DNA of 64,000 bases from Torpedo marmorata. Lineage: Eukaryota. The notes beneath the pieces were generated by a model, which worked only from the letters and a program-made list of their open reading frames with translations, did no database searches and was not told the DNA's origin. The stretch covers positions 30,008,001-30,072,000 of the forward strand of contig OZ360225.1 in assembly GCA_977017645.1 (NCBI GenBank), in the 5' to 3' direction. Shown here in pieces: positions 1 to 12,022 of this stretch. Position numbers and translations under genes: made by a program. How positions within the stretch are numbered: position 1 is the first letter of the stretch; every line of letters starts with the position of its first letter.

Positions 1-261
1 TGTTTATATTTCATTAAAGAAATTTAAGTTATTGAAGATTGCTACAAGTCATCATGTGTTAATAAACATTTTGAAAATATTGGACTTGTTAGTAAATTAA
101 TTGAAACGCGTCAAGGACAAGTGTCTCACCTAGCCTCCAAGTGACTATTTATTGGATTGAAGTCACTACACTGGGGTCTCTCTTTCCTCTATAGATGGCA
201 TTTATTGAAAGCGCTGTCTATATGGGGCTCAAGGAATTATATAAGATCTTTTCTATCCAGC

Positions 262-530
262 GCACAGTATCTTCAACTCACTACCATCAAAAAGGAGGTA
301 CAGGAGCATCAAAATCAGGGGAATAGTTTCTTCCCACAGGATGTGGGACTGATGAACAGTATCCTGTAACAGTGACAATCATCTCAAATATTTATTTATT
401 TATATTTATTTTTATTATTTCTGTGATCTTTATGTACTGTGTATTGTGTGTTTTTGTGTGTGCATCATGGTCTGGAGAGACGCCGTTTCATCGGGTTATA
501 TATGTATAATCAGATGATAATGAACTTGAA
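262..530 (+). mobile_element. Degenerate 3' end of a Rex1/Babar-type LINE
   Basis: Residual 'LPS..RYRSI...NSFFPQ' C-terminal motif; 3' tail 'tcagatgataatgaacttgaa' resembles the tail at ~50080-50098. Boundaries approximate. Confidence 0.5.
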
Positions 531-840
531 TACAGCATAGAAACAAGCTTTTAAACCCATCAAGTTCATGTTGGCCATCAAGCACATATTTACACAAATC
601 CTACACCAATCCCATTTTATTCTTCTGACATTCCTATCAACTTTCTCCAGATCCCCACAGCTGCAATTTACCGTGGCTAATTCAGCAACCATCATGTGCA
701 TCTTTGCAATATGGGAGGAAACCAGAGCACCCAGAAGAAAACCAGTGGGAGAACGTGCAAACAGCATTGGACATTAGAATTGAACTTGGATCACTGGAAC
801 TGCAAGAGAGCAGCTCTACTATTTTTGCCACCGTGCCACA
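531..840 (-). mobile_element. Degenerate tRNA-derived V-SINE (HE1-like)
   Basis: Reverse complement has a tRNA-like head, the V-domain core (TTGCACGTTCTCCC...GGTGCTCTGGTTTCCTCCCA) and a CR1-type tail. Confidence 0.65.
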
Positions 841-1649
841 GTCTCCAGCCTGAAGCATTTTGAATCAAATAAATGCAAAAATTATTGGGTATGGTCTAGC
901 TAGCACCTGAACCACCACTCACCTCCAGTATCATGCATGTTAAAAAAAGGTAAATAGAAAGTTAAATTCACCTTCTTTGAGACATAAATCATTCAAAACT
1001 GGATTGGACTGATGACCCAAGAGATACAAGATGAAAAGATATGCAAGGTAATGACCAGACGAGCAGTATTTGTTCAAGTGGAGGGCAAACACCAGTACAG
1101 ATAGCACTTTGGACAAATGATCTATTTCTTTATTGAGTATATTTCTCTATCGTATAAAGCAGGAAAGATGTTCAATCAGCAATCCTGATTTAGCATTAAG
1201 AGTGCCACAGTTACTCGGAAACCTTCCAGGTTTGACACCGTGTTTTCAAAGCTAGTGAACTGTAAGATCAAATCGACTTGTCTCTCTTCGCATCACTTCT
1301 GCAGTTGAAAGGCTCATAAGCCACAGGCTGATGACTGCATGCTTTCAGGCAGGATAGCAAGCAAGGAAATTCGCGTGGAATTTAAGTCGAGAAAGTACGA
1401 AGGAAAGAAATTCACTGGTCACCAAAACAGAATGGGGTTCCAATACTAGCACATTGGGACGGAGTCAAAAGACAAGAGTTCCACATACTTTTGTGGCAGC
1501 TTCAAATTTCCTGACAGTTACAGAATAACCATTTCAATGCAGACATTTTCTAAATGCTGAAACACGCACAACTTAAAATATTTGTTAAAATTATGATACG
1601 CTTTAGAATTTAGAACAAAACAGATAAGCACCAACAATCAAGTCCCATT

Positions 1650-1732
1650 CGGAGGCCGTGTCTCCATGACAGCGAGGAGCGGTGGTGGAAGTGCGCCTGC
1701 GCGGAAGAGCCACTCTCAGCCCCACAAGCAAA
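1650..1732 (+). promoter_or_regulatory. Probable TMX3 promoter/5' UTR, locally GC/CpG-rich
   Basis: NRF1-like TGCGCCTGCGC (1692-1702) abuts an ETS core CGGAAG (1702-1707); a YY1-like AAAATGGC overlaps the ATG at 1733. Motif matches only. Confidence 0.5.
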
Positions 1733-1766
1733 ATGGCAGTGCGATTTGTGTTGCTGATGTATGGAG
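1733..1766 (+). CDS. TMX3: TMX3 coding exon 1 (signal peptide start, MAVRFVLLMYG)
   Basis: ATG in AAAATGG context, hydrophobic leader, GTGAGT donor at 1767; phase 1 splices in frame to exon 2. Confidence 0.8.
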
Positions 1767-1914
1767 GTGAGTGAGCTCTGCAGGCTGTCCTGGGCTTCCC
1801 AAATCACGAAATGCCTTCAGGTTCAAAGGGGGGAAAAAAGGGACAAACTAAACAATTCAACAGTTTCGTAATTGCCTTTGATTGGAGGTGTTTTATTTCT
1901 CTTTTCTTTTGCAG

Positions 1915-1969
1915 TTGCAGTCTTCCGGACCGCTGCGGTGTCTTCTTTTGCTATAGATTTGGATTACTC
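1915..1969 (+). CDS. TMX3: TMX3 coding exon 2 (VAVFRTAAVSSFAIDLDYS)
   Basis: Polypyrimidine tract + CAG acceptor, GTAAGT donor, 55 nt. FAIDLDYS aligns to human FVEDLDES; in frame with exon 3. Confidence 0.85.
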
Positions 1970-2549
1970 GTAAGTTGTCAGTGATACTGTGTTGTCACAT
2001 TTGTGTTGGACAGGATATAAAACAGTACATCCCGAAATGACTGGACACGGATGTTTATTTGTATCAATTGTACCCATATGCATTTGTCAAAAATGCAATC
2101 GAAACGTTTTGTTAAATGACAATTGATTGCAATACAGTATTTTGTTTTAGAATGGGGTAGCGAGGAGTGCAGAATTGACCGACAGTCAAATGAATAAAAT
2201 GATGCTGCAAGTTTCTAAAGGAGGATTGTGGGTATTTTCCCAAAAAGCTGTATGCAATTTAAGACCATAGCTTTGGAAAACATTCTGTAAATAATGTCTC
2301 CAATATTCTGTAAATAATGTTCTGCAGGCAGCTAAAAATTCATACCAGTTTGGTAAAGGTAGATGAGTCTAAAAAGAGCGAATCAACATTGAGCCAATTT
2401 GATTTTATTTAATTGATAGCTTTTCTTATGTCAACCAAATCGCAGGTTCAACATCTGTCTGACAGGATACTGGATTATCAGTAAAAAACACAAAAGCTGG
2501 AGAACTCAGCAGGTCAAACAGTGTATTTTATGTAGCAAAGGTAGAAATA

Positions 2550-2590
2550 CATAACCGACGTTTCGGGCTTGAGCCCTTCATCAAAGTATG
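2550..2590 (-). ncRNA. Mirror copy of the minimal hammerhead motif
   Basis: Reverse complement of 3781-3821. Confidence 0.7.
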
Positions 2591-3780
2591 AGAAAATGCC
2601 GGCAGGCGTCCGAACAAAGGAGTGAGGGGGGAAGGGGGGTGGCAAAGGCAGGAGATGATAGGTGGAGAAAGGAGGGAGGGGACAGCAGCAAAGAAGGGGA
2701 GGAGGGATGGCTGGGTGGGTGGAAAAAAACAGGAAGGACAGGTGAGGGGGAGGGGAAGGGAACAACAAGCAGGTTTAGTGGAAAGCAGAAAAGTCAATGT
2801 TAATGCCATCTGGCTGGAGAGTGCCGAGACGGAATATGAGATGTTGTTCCTCCAATTTGCGGGTAGTCTGGGTGGGATAGTACATGAGGCCATGGACAGA
2901 CATGTGAGTGTGGGAGTGTGACCCAGAATTGAAATGGTTGGCTACTGGGAGGTCGCTGTTGTTGTGGACAGAGAGGAGGTGCTCAGCAAAGCGGTCTCCC
3001 AATCTACGACCGGTCTCTCCAATGTATAGAAAGCCACAAAGGGAGCACCGGATGCAGTAAATAAGTCCTCTAGATGTACAAGTGAAGTGTAGTTTCACTT
3101 GGAAGGCCTGTTTGGGGCCCTGGACCGTGGTGAGGGGGGAGGTGTGGGCGCAGGTGTTGCACCTCCTGCGGGCACAGGGGAAGGAGCTTCCCCTGTGCCC
3201 GCAGGAGGTGCAACACCTGCGCCCACACCTCCCCCCTCACCACGGTCCAGGGCCCCAAACAGGCCTTCCAAGTGAAACTACACTTCACTTGTACATCTAG
3301 AGGACTTATTTACTGCATCCGGTGCTCCCTTTGTGGCTTTCTATACATTGGAGAGACCGGTCGTAGATTGGGAGACCGCTTTGCTGAGCACCTCCTCTCT
3401 GTCCACAACAACAGCGACCTCCCAGTAGCCAACCATTTCAATTCTGGGTCACACTCCCACACTCACATGTCTGTCCATGGCCTCATGTACTATCCCACCC
3501 AGACTACCCGCAAATTGGAGGAACAACATCTCATATTCCGTCTCGGCACTCTCCAGCCAGATGGCATTAACATTGACTTTTCTGCTTTCCACTAAACCTG
3601 CTTGTTGTTCCCTTCCCCTCCCCCCTCACCTGTCCTTCCTGTTTTTTTCCACCCACCCAGCCATCCCTCCTCCCCCTCTTTGCTGCTGTCCCCTCCCTCC
3701 TTTCTCCACCTATCATCTCCTGCCTTTGCCACCCCCCTTCCCCCCTCACTCCTTTGTTCGGACGCCTGCCGGCATTTTCT

Positions 3781-3821
3781 CATACTTTGATGAAGGGCTC
3801 AAGCCCGAAACGTCGGTTATG
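3781..3821 (+). ncRNA. Minimal type I hammerhead ribozyme motif in the Penelope pLTR
   Basis: catact-TTGATGA-aGGGC-tcaa-GCCC-GAAACGTC-ggttatg: core (C/U)UGANGA...GAAA, stem II, palindromic ACGU stem III, GUC cleavage triplet. Activity not shown. Confidence 0.7.
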
Positions 3822-5154
3822 TATTTCTACCTTTGCTACATAAAAGACACTGTTTGACCTGCTGAGTTCTCCAGCTTTTGTGTTTTTTACTTCTAACCAC
3901 GGTGTCTACAGATTTTCGTGTTTACTACTGGATTATCAGTTTTGCTGTACTTCAAATGTGAAGTTGTAAAATGTGCTATACAGAAATAATTCCTTTATAT
4001 TACTTGTATCTCTCTACATCACAGTAATCTCTTCACAATCAGGAAAGTACTTACTGTACACACAAATTTCCTTCAATGATGTTGCCACTTTGTACTTTAA
4101 TGCAATAGACCATAACTTTGCAGTGAGTTTCAGAGACATTTTATCCAAGTTATTATGCAAAGTCCACTTGCAACATATCTATTTTCTCTATCTTCAGAAA
4201 ATTGTTGCCTCAGTGAGTTCCAACACTTTAATCGTTTACTATAATGATTATCCTATACTTTTCTAGTTTCCAAACTTAGTTTTATTAAATAAACATTTGC
4301 AAAATCAATTGCAATTCCACAAAGCTTTAATATATGCTACAATATTGTTTCATTGATCTGAACCTGAACTTTTTTCTTCCTATGATACCTGTTTCTGAAA
4401 CTGTTCATGTGCCAAATGATGTGAAAATATTTTCTTTCTTATTGAAAAATAATCTGGGTCAACAATTCCACATACCAGAGCATGGTGATTTTCTATGTAA
4501 AATAATAGAGATAAGTAATGTTGACCGATGCTGAACATCCAGTGTAAACAACCAGCAATATAATTATTAGTATACATGCTGAAGTGAAATCAATGTTGAT
4601 TTAGGATATCCTGTGTACATTGCAACAATGAAAGAAAAGTAGATGAAAAGATAAAGACCTTCTATAAGAGAATTCTTTCTATCAGACTTTTCATTGGATT
4701 TATATTACAGTTATTAATGATCTAAAATAAATAACTTGATAGGCAATTTAACAACTTTTGTGTTATTTGTAAATCTGCTTTAATGTTTTTGTTTTCATGT
4801 CCATACTTGGATTGAAGTTGTGCACTGAAATATAACTGTATATCTTAACAATGTTGCAAACTCAGGAAGTGTCTTTCAAAAGCAAAATAAAACTGCAGAT
4901 GGTAATCTAAAATAAAGAATGCTGGAAATGGGACAGCAGCATCTCCTGTCAAGTGAGAAATGGAGATAACCTTTTGGGTCAATGACCTTCCATTCGGAAC
5001 TAAGAAAAGTCAGAACTACCGTAAGTTGTACTTGAAGGAGATGGATAGAAAGAATAAAGGAAACATTTGTTGCAGATTAGAGACCAAGAGAAACTGAATG
5101 AGACAAGTGGTGGTGCCAACTGAAAGATGATGATGAAGGCTTATTAAAGTTCAG

Positions 5155-5640
5155 AGTTCAAAGTTCAGATTAATCATCAGAGTACATGCATGACATCACA
5201 TACAACCCTGAGATTCTTTTTCCTGTGGGCCAGGCAGAAATTCTACTTATCGGTAGTGCAAAAAACTACTCAAGAAAAGATAGGTATACAAAATAGAGAA
5301 ATATAAACAAAGAAGAAATGTAAACAAATCGTGCCATACAGAAAATAAATATTCGATAATAAATAATGTGAAAAGTAATAGTCCTTAAAGGAGTCTCTGA
5401 CTGAGTTTATTGTTGAGGAGTCTGATGGTAGAGGGGTAGCAGCTGTTCCTGAACCTAGTGGTGCGAGTCTTGTGGCACCTATACCTCTTTCCTGATGGTA
5501 GCAGCGAGAACAGAGCATGTCCTGGGTGGTGTGGATCGTTGATGATTGCTGCTGCTCTCCGTCTGCAGCGTTCCATGTAGATTTTCTCAATGGGGAGAGT
5601 TTTACCTGTGATGTAGTGGGCTGTGTCCACTGCCTTTTGC
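5155..5640 (-). mobile_element. Rex1/Babar-type LINE 3' fragment
   Basis: ORF 5385-5741(-) contains 'IINDPHHPGHALFSLLPSGKRYR...RFRNSCYPSTIRLLN'; (TGAACT)n-type tail near 5155. Confidence 0.75.
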
Positions 5641-7317
5641 ATTAATAGCAATTGTTTTCTTTCTACGGTATATTTTATGTCTGGGTTCTTGATTTTGTTT
5701 GTAATAAGTAAATTGAGTTGCAAAAAATAAGGTGTATACACTTAAGATGTGACTTTTGCCAATGTTTGATTACTCAAACACTACAAAAGCAGAAAGCTTT
5801 AGCTCTTTTTAAATTAAAAGTGTTGTAATGTTTTCTTGAAACAACTATGAATCTTTATGTTTTACATTTTGGGCTAAATGTGGTTATATGTAAACAAGTA
5901 AAACTCCAACACACCTATGTTTCAAGTTTGATAATTGCTTACAGGCATTAAGTATGACTCACATTGACTGACTATGTCTACCTACTGAGTTTCTCCAGCA
6001 ATTCTTTATTATTGCTTATGATATGTTTGTGCAATGTTTGCTGTGTAAATGGAAACATATCAATTGAAGTTCAAATATTTTGTTTTACATCTGCTTGTTA
6101 CTGTCCATGAAAAAACTCCTGTGATTTCCAATGTTTAATCAAAAAGCTTGAGAAAGATTAAACCAGAAGCAACTTCAAAATGTCTGTTTCTAAGAAGCTG
6201 GTATTAATCAGTCAGAACTGGGGAACACGTGCTGTTTTCCTACACCCAGCTTTTGCATGTGTTGGATATGCTGCTTCTGGAACAGGGCATTTTACTTGTC
6301 AGGTTAGATCTTCACAACAATGTGGTTTTTTTTAAAGTTTCAGCCTGAAAAGGACTGTTTCTCAACTTCTGGAAGTGTGACTTGCTCATGGTGTCGTGGC
6401 CTTTGGTATCTGGTTGTTAGTGCATCTTAATGAGGTTTAAGGAATGAGAAACAAAAGAGGGTAAAGTAGAATCAAATTGGGTACAACTAAAGAAATGGAG
6501 AAGGAAAAAAATATTGGATTAACAAAGTTTTAATGAATTCAACCTCTAACATTTGAGGCAATAACTCTACATTTGAAATGCTAATTTCTTAGGACAATTG
6601 TTTAACAGTTAATAGCAAATATTTGCACTAATATACTGCATTAAATACATCAAAATATGCTTTATAGAAGTATTGTCAAACAGAATTTGACACTTAAGGA
6701 AATATTAATATGTGATTTAAAAAGTTTGGATTTCAAGAAATACCTCCAGAAGGAAGGATTCACGTGCTTCCTACCCAGGCCCCAGGCAGCCATTGACATG
6801 GTAAACAATGGCGGGCTAATGAAAAATTGGGACTTGGGAGCATGGAGATAGCAAGGCTGTGGTGATGGGGAAGAAAAAAAACTATACAGTAGTTGTATTT
6901 GGAAACATGGATGAAAATTTTTAAATTGTGACTTGCTCGACTTGGGGTCAGACTGAGTACAGGTGGTGTGAAAATGGGACACACATTAAGTTACAGACTG
7001 CAGAATCTTTGATAATTGTAGATGGCTGAAATATGGAAGATGGTGCATTGCCATGAGAGTATTGAAATGTATTAAGGCTGGGTAAAGAGACCTACTTAGG
7101 ATTCCTTCATTAATGTGTAAAGGCAGTGTTCGAGAATTGTAAAAGTGGAAGCAGATGACCATGTTGACGAAACATTTTTTTTTAAGCCTGCCTTGAGTTA
7201 GGTAAGATGATATGGTCGCATATCTGTTAAGGTCGGGGACGAGGAGGAGGTGGTTTAGAATCAGTGACATGAGTTTGTGGAGATTTAAATCCAGTGACAT
7301 AAGCATGTCAGGCAGTC

Positions 7318-9255
7318 ACATTGGTCTTCCATTCCAGATCATCCGAGTTATTTTCCTTCTTCAAAAATGTGGCTTGCCCTCTACCACCTTCAACTCTGCC
7401 TTTGCCTGCATCTCCTCCATTTCCTGCACATCTGCCCCATACCCTCTGCCCTGAGATGTAACAAGGACAGGATTCCCCCTTGTCCTCAACTACCACCCTA
7501 CCAGCCTTTGCATCCAACATAATATCCTCCGCAATTTCCACTACCTACAATGTGATCTCACCACCAGACACATTTTCCTTTCCCCTACTCTCTGCCTTCC
7601 ACAGGGACCGCTCCCTCCGGGTCTCCCTCGTCCACTCCTCCCTTCCCACTAATCACACTCTCAGTTCCTACCCGTGGTGATCGCAAGAAATGCTACACTT
7701 GCACGCACGCTTCCTCCCTCACTGTCATTCAGGGCCCCAAACAGTTATTTTTTAAAAAACATTTTTTTTATTTTTCACAAAAAAATTAACAGTGTAAACA
7801 TAGTCATACGATTTCCAATTGTATACAACATCATTATTAAATTTCCCCTCCCTCCCCCCCCAACTAAAGACAAACCTAAAAAAAAAAAAGGAAAAAAAAG
7901 AAAAACATAACATACAAATAAAGAAAAAAGAAAACTAAACGTACTGTCAGTGCTTACATTGCTTTTCCCACCTTTTAGGAGACATCACACCATTGATTTT
8001 GATACATTACATTTTACTGTACCTTGGGGTTTAGATTATAACTGGGCCCCAATATATTCCAGATATGGCTGCCACACCTTAACAAATGTGTCATATTTGT
8101 TCCTGATATTATATGTGATTTTCTCCATGGGAATACAACTGTGCATTTCTGCTGACCATCGAGTGATGCGAAGGGGGGAATCGGACTTTCAAGTTATTGC
8201 TATACATTTCCTTGCTACGGACAAAGCAGCCTTTACAAATTGATTTTGAAATTTAGATAATTTATAGCTTATGTCCATTAAATTTCCTAAAAGATAAAAT
8301 TCCGGGTCCAGCGGAAAGTTTACCCTCGTAATTCTAGTTAGTGTGTTAGATATATCATGCCAAAGGGGAAGTACCTTTACGCAGGACCAGGTGGAGTGTA
8401 GAAAAGTTCCAATTTCCACACCACATCTGAAACACATTTCCGATATTTCAGGTTTTGATTTGTGTAGCTTTTGTGGTGAAAGATATAATTGGAGTAAGAA
8501 ATTATACTGGATCAATCTGTATCTAGCATTAATGACCGCTGTCATACTATGCCTACACCAGTCTGACCAGCAACGTTCATGAATTGTTGTACCCAAGTCC
8601 GACTCCCACCTCTCCCTCGATCTATGTATACCTTGTTTAGGGCTCTAAACAGTTCTTCTAAGTGAAACAACACTTATGAATCTGCAGGGGTCATCTACTG
8701 CATCCGGTTCTCCTGATGTGTCCTCCTCTACATCACAGAGACTGGTTGCAGACTGGGAGATCATTTCTTTGAACACCTTCGACCTGTCCGCTGCAATAAC
8801 AAGGTCCTCACAGTGGCCAACCATTTTAATTTCCACACCGACATGACTGTCCATGGTCTCGAGTACTGGCAAAACGAGGCGATCTGTAAATTGGAAGAAC
8901 AACACCTACCCCTCCCCGAGTCTCTCTCTTTACCTATTCTCTATTCCTCTTGTTTCCTTTCCTCCAGCTTCCCATCCCCTTCCCTCTCCTATCAGAGAGC
9001 TACCCTCCCTCCTATCAACTCAGCTTTTTTTTTTCGTCTTTCCTCCCACCTGCATCCACTGATGACCTCTTGCCTGTTAGCCAATGCTCCTTCCTCCATC
9101 CTCCCCTCTTCTCCACCCCCTTACCTTTTTATTCAGGCGCCTGCCTGTTTTTTTTGCTCATACCTTGATGAAGGGCTCAGGCCTGAAATGTTTATTACAC
9201 TTTACTTCCGAGAGATACTGCGTGACCTGCTGAGTTTCTCCTGCACTTCTGTGTC
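7318..9255 (+). mobile_element. Degenerate Penelope-like element interrupted by an L1 fragment
   Basis: 'RIPLVLNYHP' linker (~7470), GIY-YIG remnants (8660-8900, 'ANHFN...KLEEQHL') and a hammerhead-like TTGATGAAGGGCTCAGGCCTGAAA near 9165. Confidence 0.75.
7747..8646 (-). mobile_element. 5'-truncated L1 LINE (ORF2 C-terminus + 3' UTR)
   Basis: ORF 8189-8596(-) has the L1 ORF2 C-terminal 'CFRC....GTFLHSTWSC'; TSD AAACAGTT at 7739-7746 and 8647-8654. Confidence 0.85.
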
Positions 9256-9888
9256 ATGCAGTCACATCTGTGAGAGGCAGAGCAAAAAACTACAATAATG
9301 CAACATTCCAAAAACAATAATTAAATCTGGTGATTGAAGGATTGATTGAACTATCAATTTGGCTAATCAGGAAAGAACTCCCCGTCCTGTTAATAAATGG
9401 TACCCTGCGATGATTTGTGTTTATCTGAAAGAATAAATTGACTTCTGATTATCTCACATAGAAATTATATCCATATAAATGCAGCACCCTTTCAGAAGCA
9501 ACAGAGAAGCTTGCTTGTATCGAGTGGAAGTTGTATTTGTAAGTTTTAGAAACTTAAATTCTCATGTGAAATAACTTTTCATATGATTGGTGAAAGAGCC
9601 AGCTTGGCGTTTTTGAATGATCAGGAATTCAGTGCCAAGAAGGGGAATGGAAACTGTGTCACGGCCTTCAAAGACAAATTGCATAGATACTCAAGGGAAA
9701 AATAGTTTTGAGGCTACAAGGAACAAGCTGGGAAATGAGAAAATGGGACCAGCAGGTAGCGCCCCAGGCAGTCAGGATTGTGGATAGAATTACCACCCTC
9801 TCTGCTGTTCTAATTCTGTGTACATTATTTCTGACAGTGATATACAAGAAAACTAGAAATCTGTGGAATTAAAAATAATATATTTGAA

Positions 9889-10736
9889 TCAATGAAGCTT
9901 CAAAAATTTTACATTTCTCACATAGTGTGTCAATATCAGCATAAAAACGAGATAATTTGAGTTTAGAGTTTCATATGTTTTGGGAATGTCCAAATTTAGG
10001 AAGTTTTTTGGGAAATATATTTCAAATTTTATCAACGATTTTTAAGATTAAAATACAACCATGCCCATTGATTGCTTTATTTGGATTTTCTCGAGCACCG
10101 GATATACTTATCTCTGCAACTCAGGAGAAAGTTTTAGCTTTTACTATGCTGATAGCCAGACGGGCAATTCTATTGAAATGGAAAGATGATCCCTCCCCTA
10201 CGCATACACAGTGGTTACACGATGTAATGTCGTGTTTAAGTCTAGAGAAAATTAGATACATTAAAGACAATAACTTTCAATTTGATAAGATCTGGGGCCC
10301 ATTCATGGAATATTATCATGATTGGAAGATTTAAGAGATTTGGATGCTCCGAGGAGTCTTTGTCTGAGCTCTGGAGGTCGCTGTTCCATATTTGTACTCT
10401 TTCTTTTTCTTTTAAATGGCAATCTTGATTAGAGGAAGGGGTTAGAATAGAATTAGGTTAGTTTTGTTTTTTTTTGTTGGATTTTTTCTTTTTTTTTCTT
10501 TTTATTCTTTTTTGTTTCTTTTCTTATTTTGAGTAATTGGGAAAGAGGTTTAGCTATGTCTATTACTGTTAATTAAAAAAAAAATTAAATAGAATTTAAC
10601 TCTGATCTGTATGAAAATGGTTCCATGTAGTACAATTAAGATATACTATATGCATACGAAAAGATGTACTATCTGTCTATTACGGATCATGTATATGTGA
10701 TATGTTTTACTCAATAAAAATATTTTAAAAATAAAG
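9889..10736 (+). mobile_element. 5'-truncated L1 LINE with a short 5' inversion
   Basis: Forward part (from 9970) encodes HMFWECP...IWGPF; 9889-9969 read on the minus strand encodes the directly preceding SKLKLSRFYADIDTLCEKCKIFEASL. 17-bp TSD AAAATAATATATTTGAA at 9872-9888 and 10737-10753. Confidence 0.85.
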
Positions 10737-10864
10737 AAAATAATATATTTGAAATTTGGATAATTGTGTACCGTTTTGGTCACCTAACTACAGGAAATAA
10801 GATTGAAAGAATGCAGAGTAGGATGTTGCCGGGACTTGAGGAACTGAGTTGCAGGGAACGATTA

Positions 10865-11515
10865 GCAGGTCACACAGCATACTTTATATAGCAAAGATAA
10901 AGATACATAATCAACGTTTCGTGCCTGAGCCCTTTATCAAGGATTAAGCAAAATGTAGGCAGGTGCCTGAATAAAATGGTGGGGGGGAGGAACGGCAGGG
11001 GGAGGAGCACAGGCAAGAGGTAATAGGTGGATAAGGGAGGGAGGGAGGGCACAAGAGAAAACAGAGGGAGGGGGGATAGCTCTCTGAATGGAGAGGGAAG
11101 GGGTGGAGAGCTGGAGGAAGGAGACAGAAGGATAGAGAAGAGAGGGAGAACAGGGAGTGGGCTAGCAGAAACCGGAGGTCGATGTTAATGCCATCCGGTT
11201 GGAGTGTCGAAATGGAATATAAGATGTTGCTCCTCCAATTTATGGGTGGCCTTGGTTTGGCAGTGCATGCGGCCACGGACAGACATGTCGGCGTGGGAGT
11301 GGGGCGCAGAATTGAAATGGTTGGCCACTTCGAGATCCCTGTCATTGATGCGGACAGAGCGAAGGTGCTCAGCGAACCATCTCCCAGTCTATGTCCAGTC
11401 TCTCCGATGTAGAGAAGGCAACAATGGGAGCACTGAATGCAGCCCAAACAGTCCTTCCAAGTAAAGCAACACTTCACTAGTGAATCTGCGGGGGTAATCT
11501 ACTGCATCCGGTACT
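10865..11515 (-). mobile_element. Penelope-like element fragment
   Basis: 'LLYIGETGHRLGD' and 'TLQPDGINID' motifs; hammerhead-like motif at ~10912-10945. Confidence 0.8.
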
Positions 11516-11942
11516 GAGGCCTGGCCCCTGAAATGTCCTTAAAATGTTTTTGCAGCTGACAAGAGTTCTGGTGCAGTTTTGCAAGCTAGAAAACTAAGAG
11601 GCATTTTAAGTTTTAAAATGTCATGAGCGTTAATCATTAATTGTTAATTTGTTTCCAAAAATAAGTTTTGAAAAAAAACAGCTATAATTTTATTGCTTTA
11701 GCATTTTAAATATACAATTTGGCTTTCCTTTGCCCCCTGAACTAGAGGGTTGGAATCTCCACTGGTTAACTCCAGCCCTCTGGTCAGAGAAGCATCTTTG
11801 CCACTCTTTATTGTGAGTTCATACTAAGGATCAGCATCAATTATCAGATGTGTGGTATTCAATTAATTATTCCAAATAAAGGTCTGGGCTTGAATGATCT
11901 TTGGATTTCTGCATTTGTGACACCATGGTAATTTTATTGCAG

Positions 11943-11982
11943 GTTTAAAGAAACTAGAGAAGATGACATTTGGTTGGTAGAT
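11943..11982 (+). CDS. TMX3: TMX3 coding exon 3 (FKETREDDIWLVD)
   Basis: GCAG acceptor, GTAAGT donor, 40 nt; matches human FKENRNDDIWLVD. Confidence 0.93.
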
Positions 11983-12022
11983 GTAAGTATGGACTTTTTT
12001 TCATTTTCAAATTTTTTAATTA

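Larger units (their letters stand above)
2483..3925. mobile_element. Penelope-like element (GIY-YIG C-terminus + 3' pLTR) as a head-to-head inverted pair
   Basis: Identical ORFs 2775-3098(-) and 3272-3595(+) with the motif 'LIYCIRC..CG.LYIGETGRRLGDRFAEH'. Arms ~2480-3183 and 3187-3891 with a 3-nt loop. 15-bp TSD TACTGGATTATCAGT at 2468-2482 and 3926-3940. Confidence 0.92.

Noticed and set aside
900-1650. Possible first exon of a divergent neighbouring gene (CCDC102B is head-to-head with TMX3 in human)
   Set aside because: No coding similarity visible; rests on recalled synteny only.
1666-1766. Upstream ATG at 1666 as the TMX3 start
   Set aside because: Out of frame with exon 2 and not signal-peptide-like; it may lie upstream of the transcription start.
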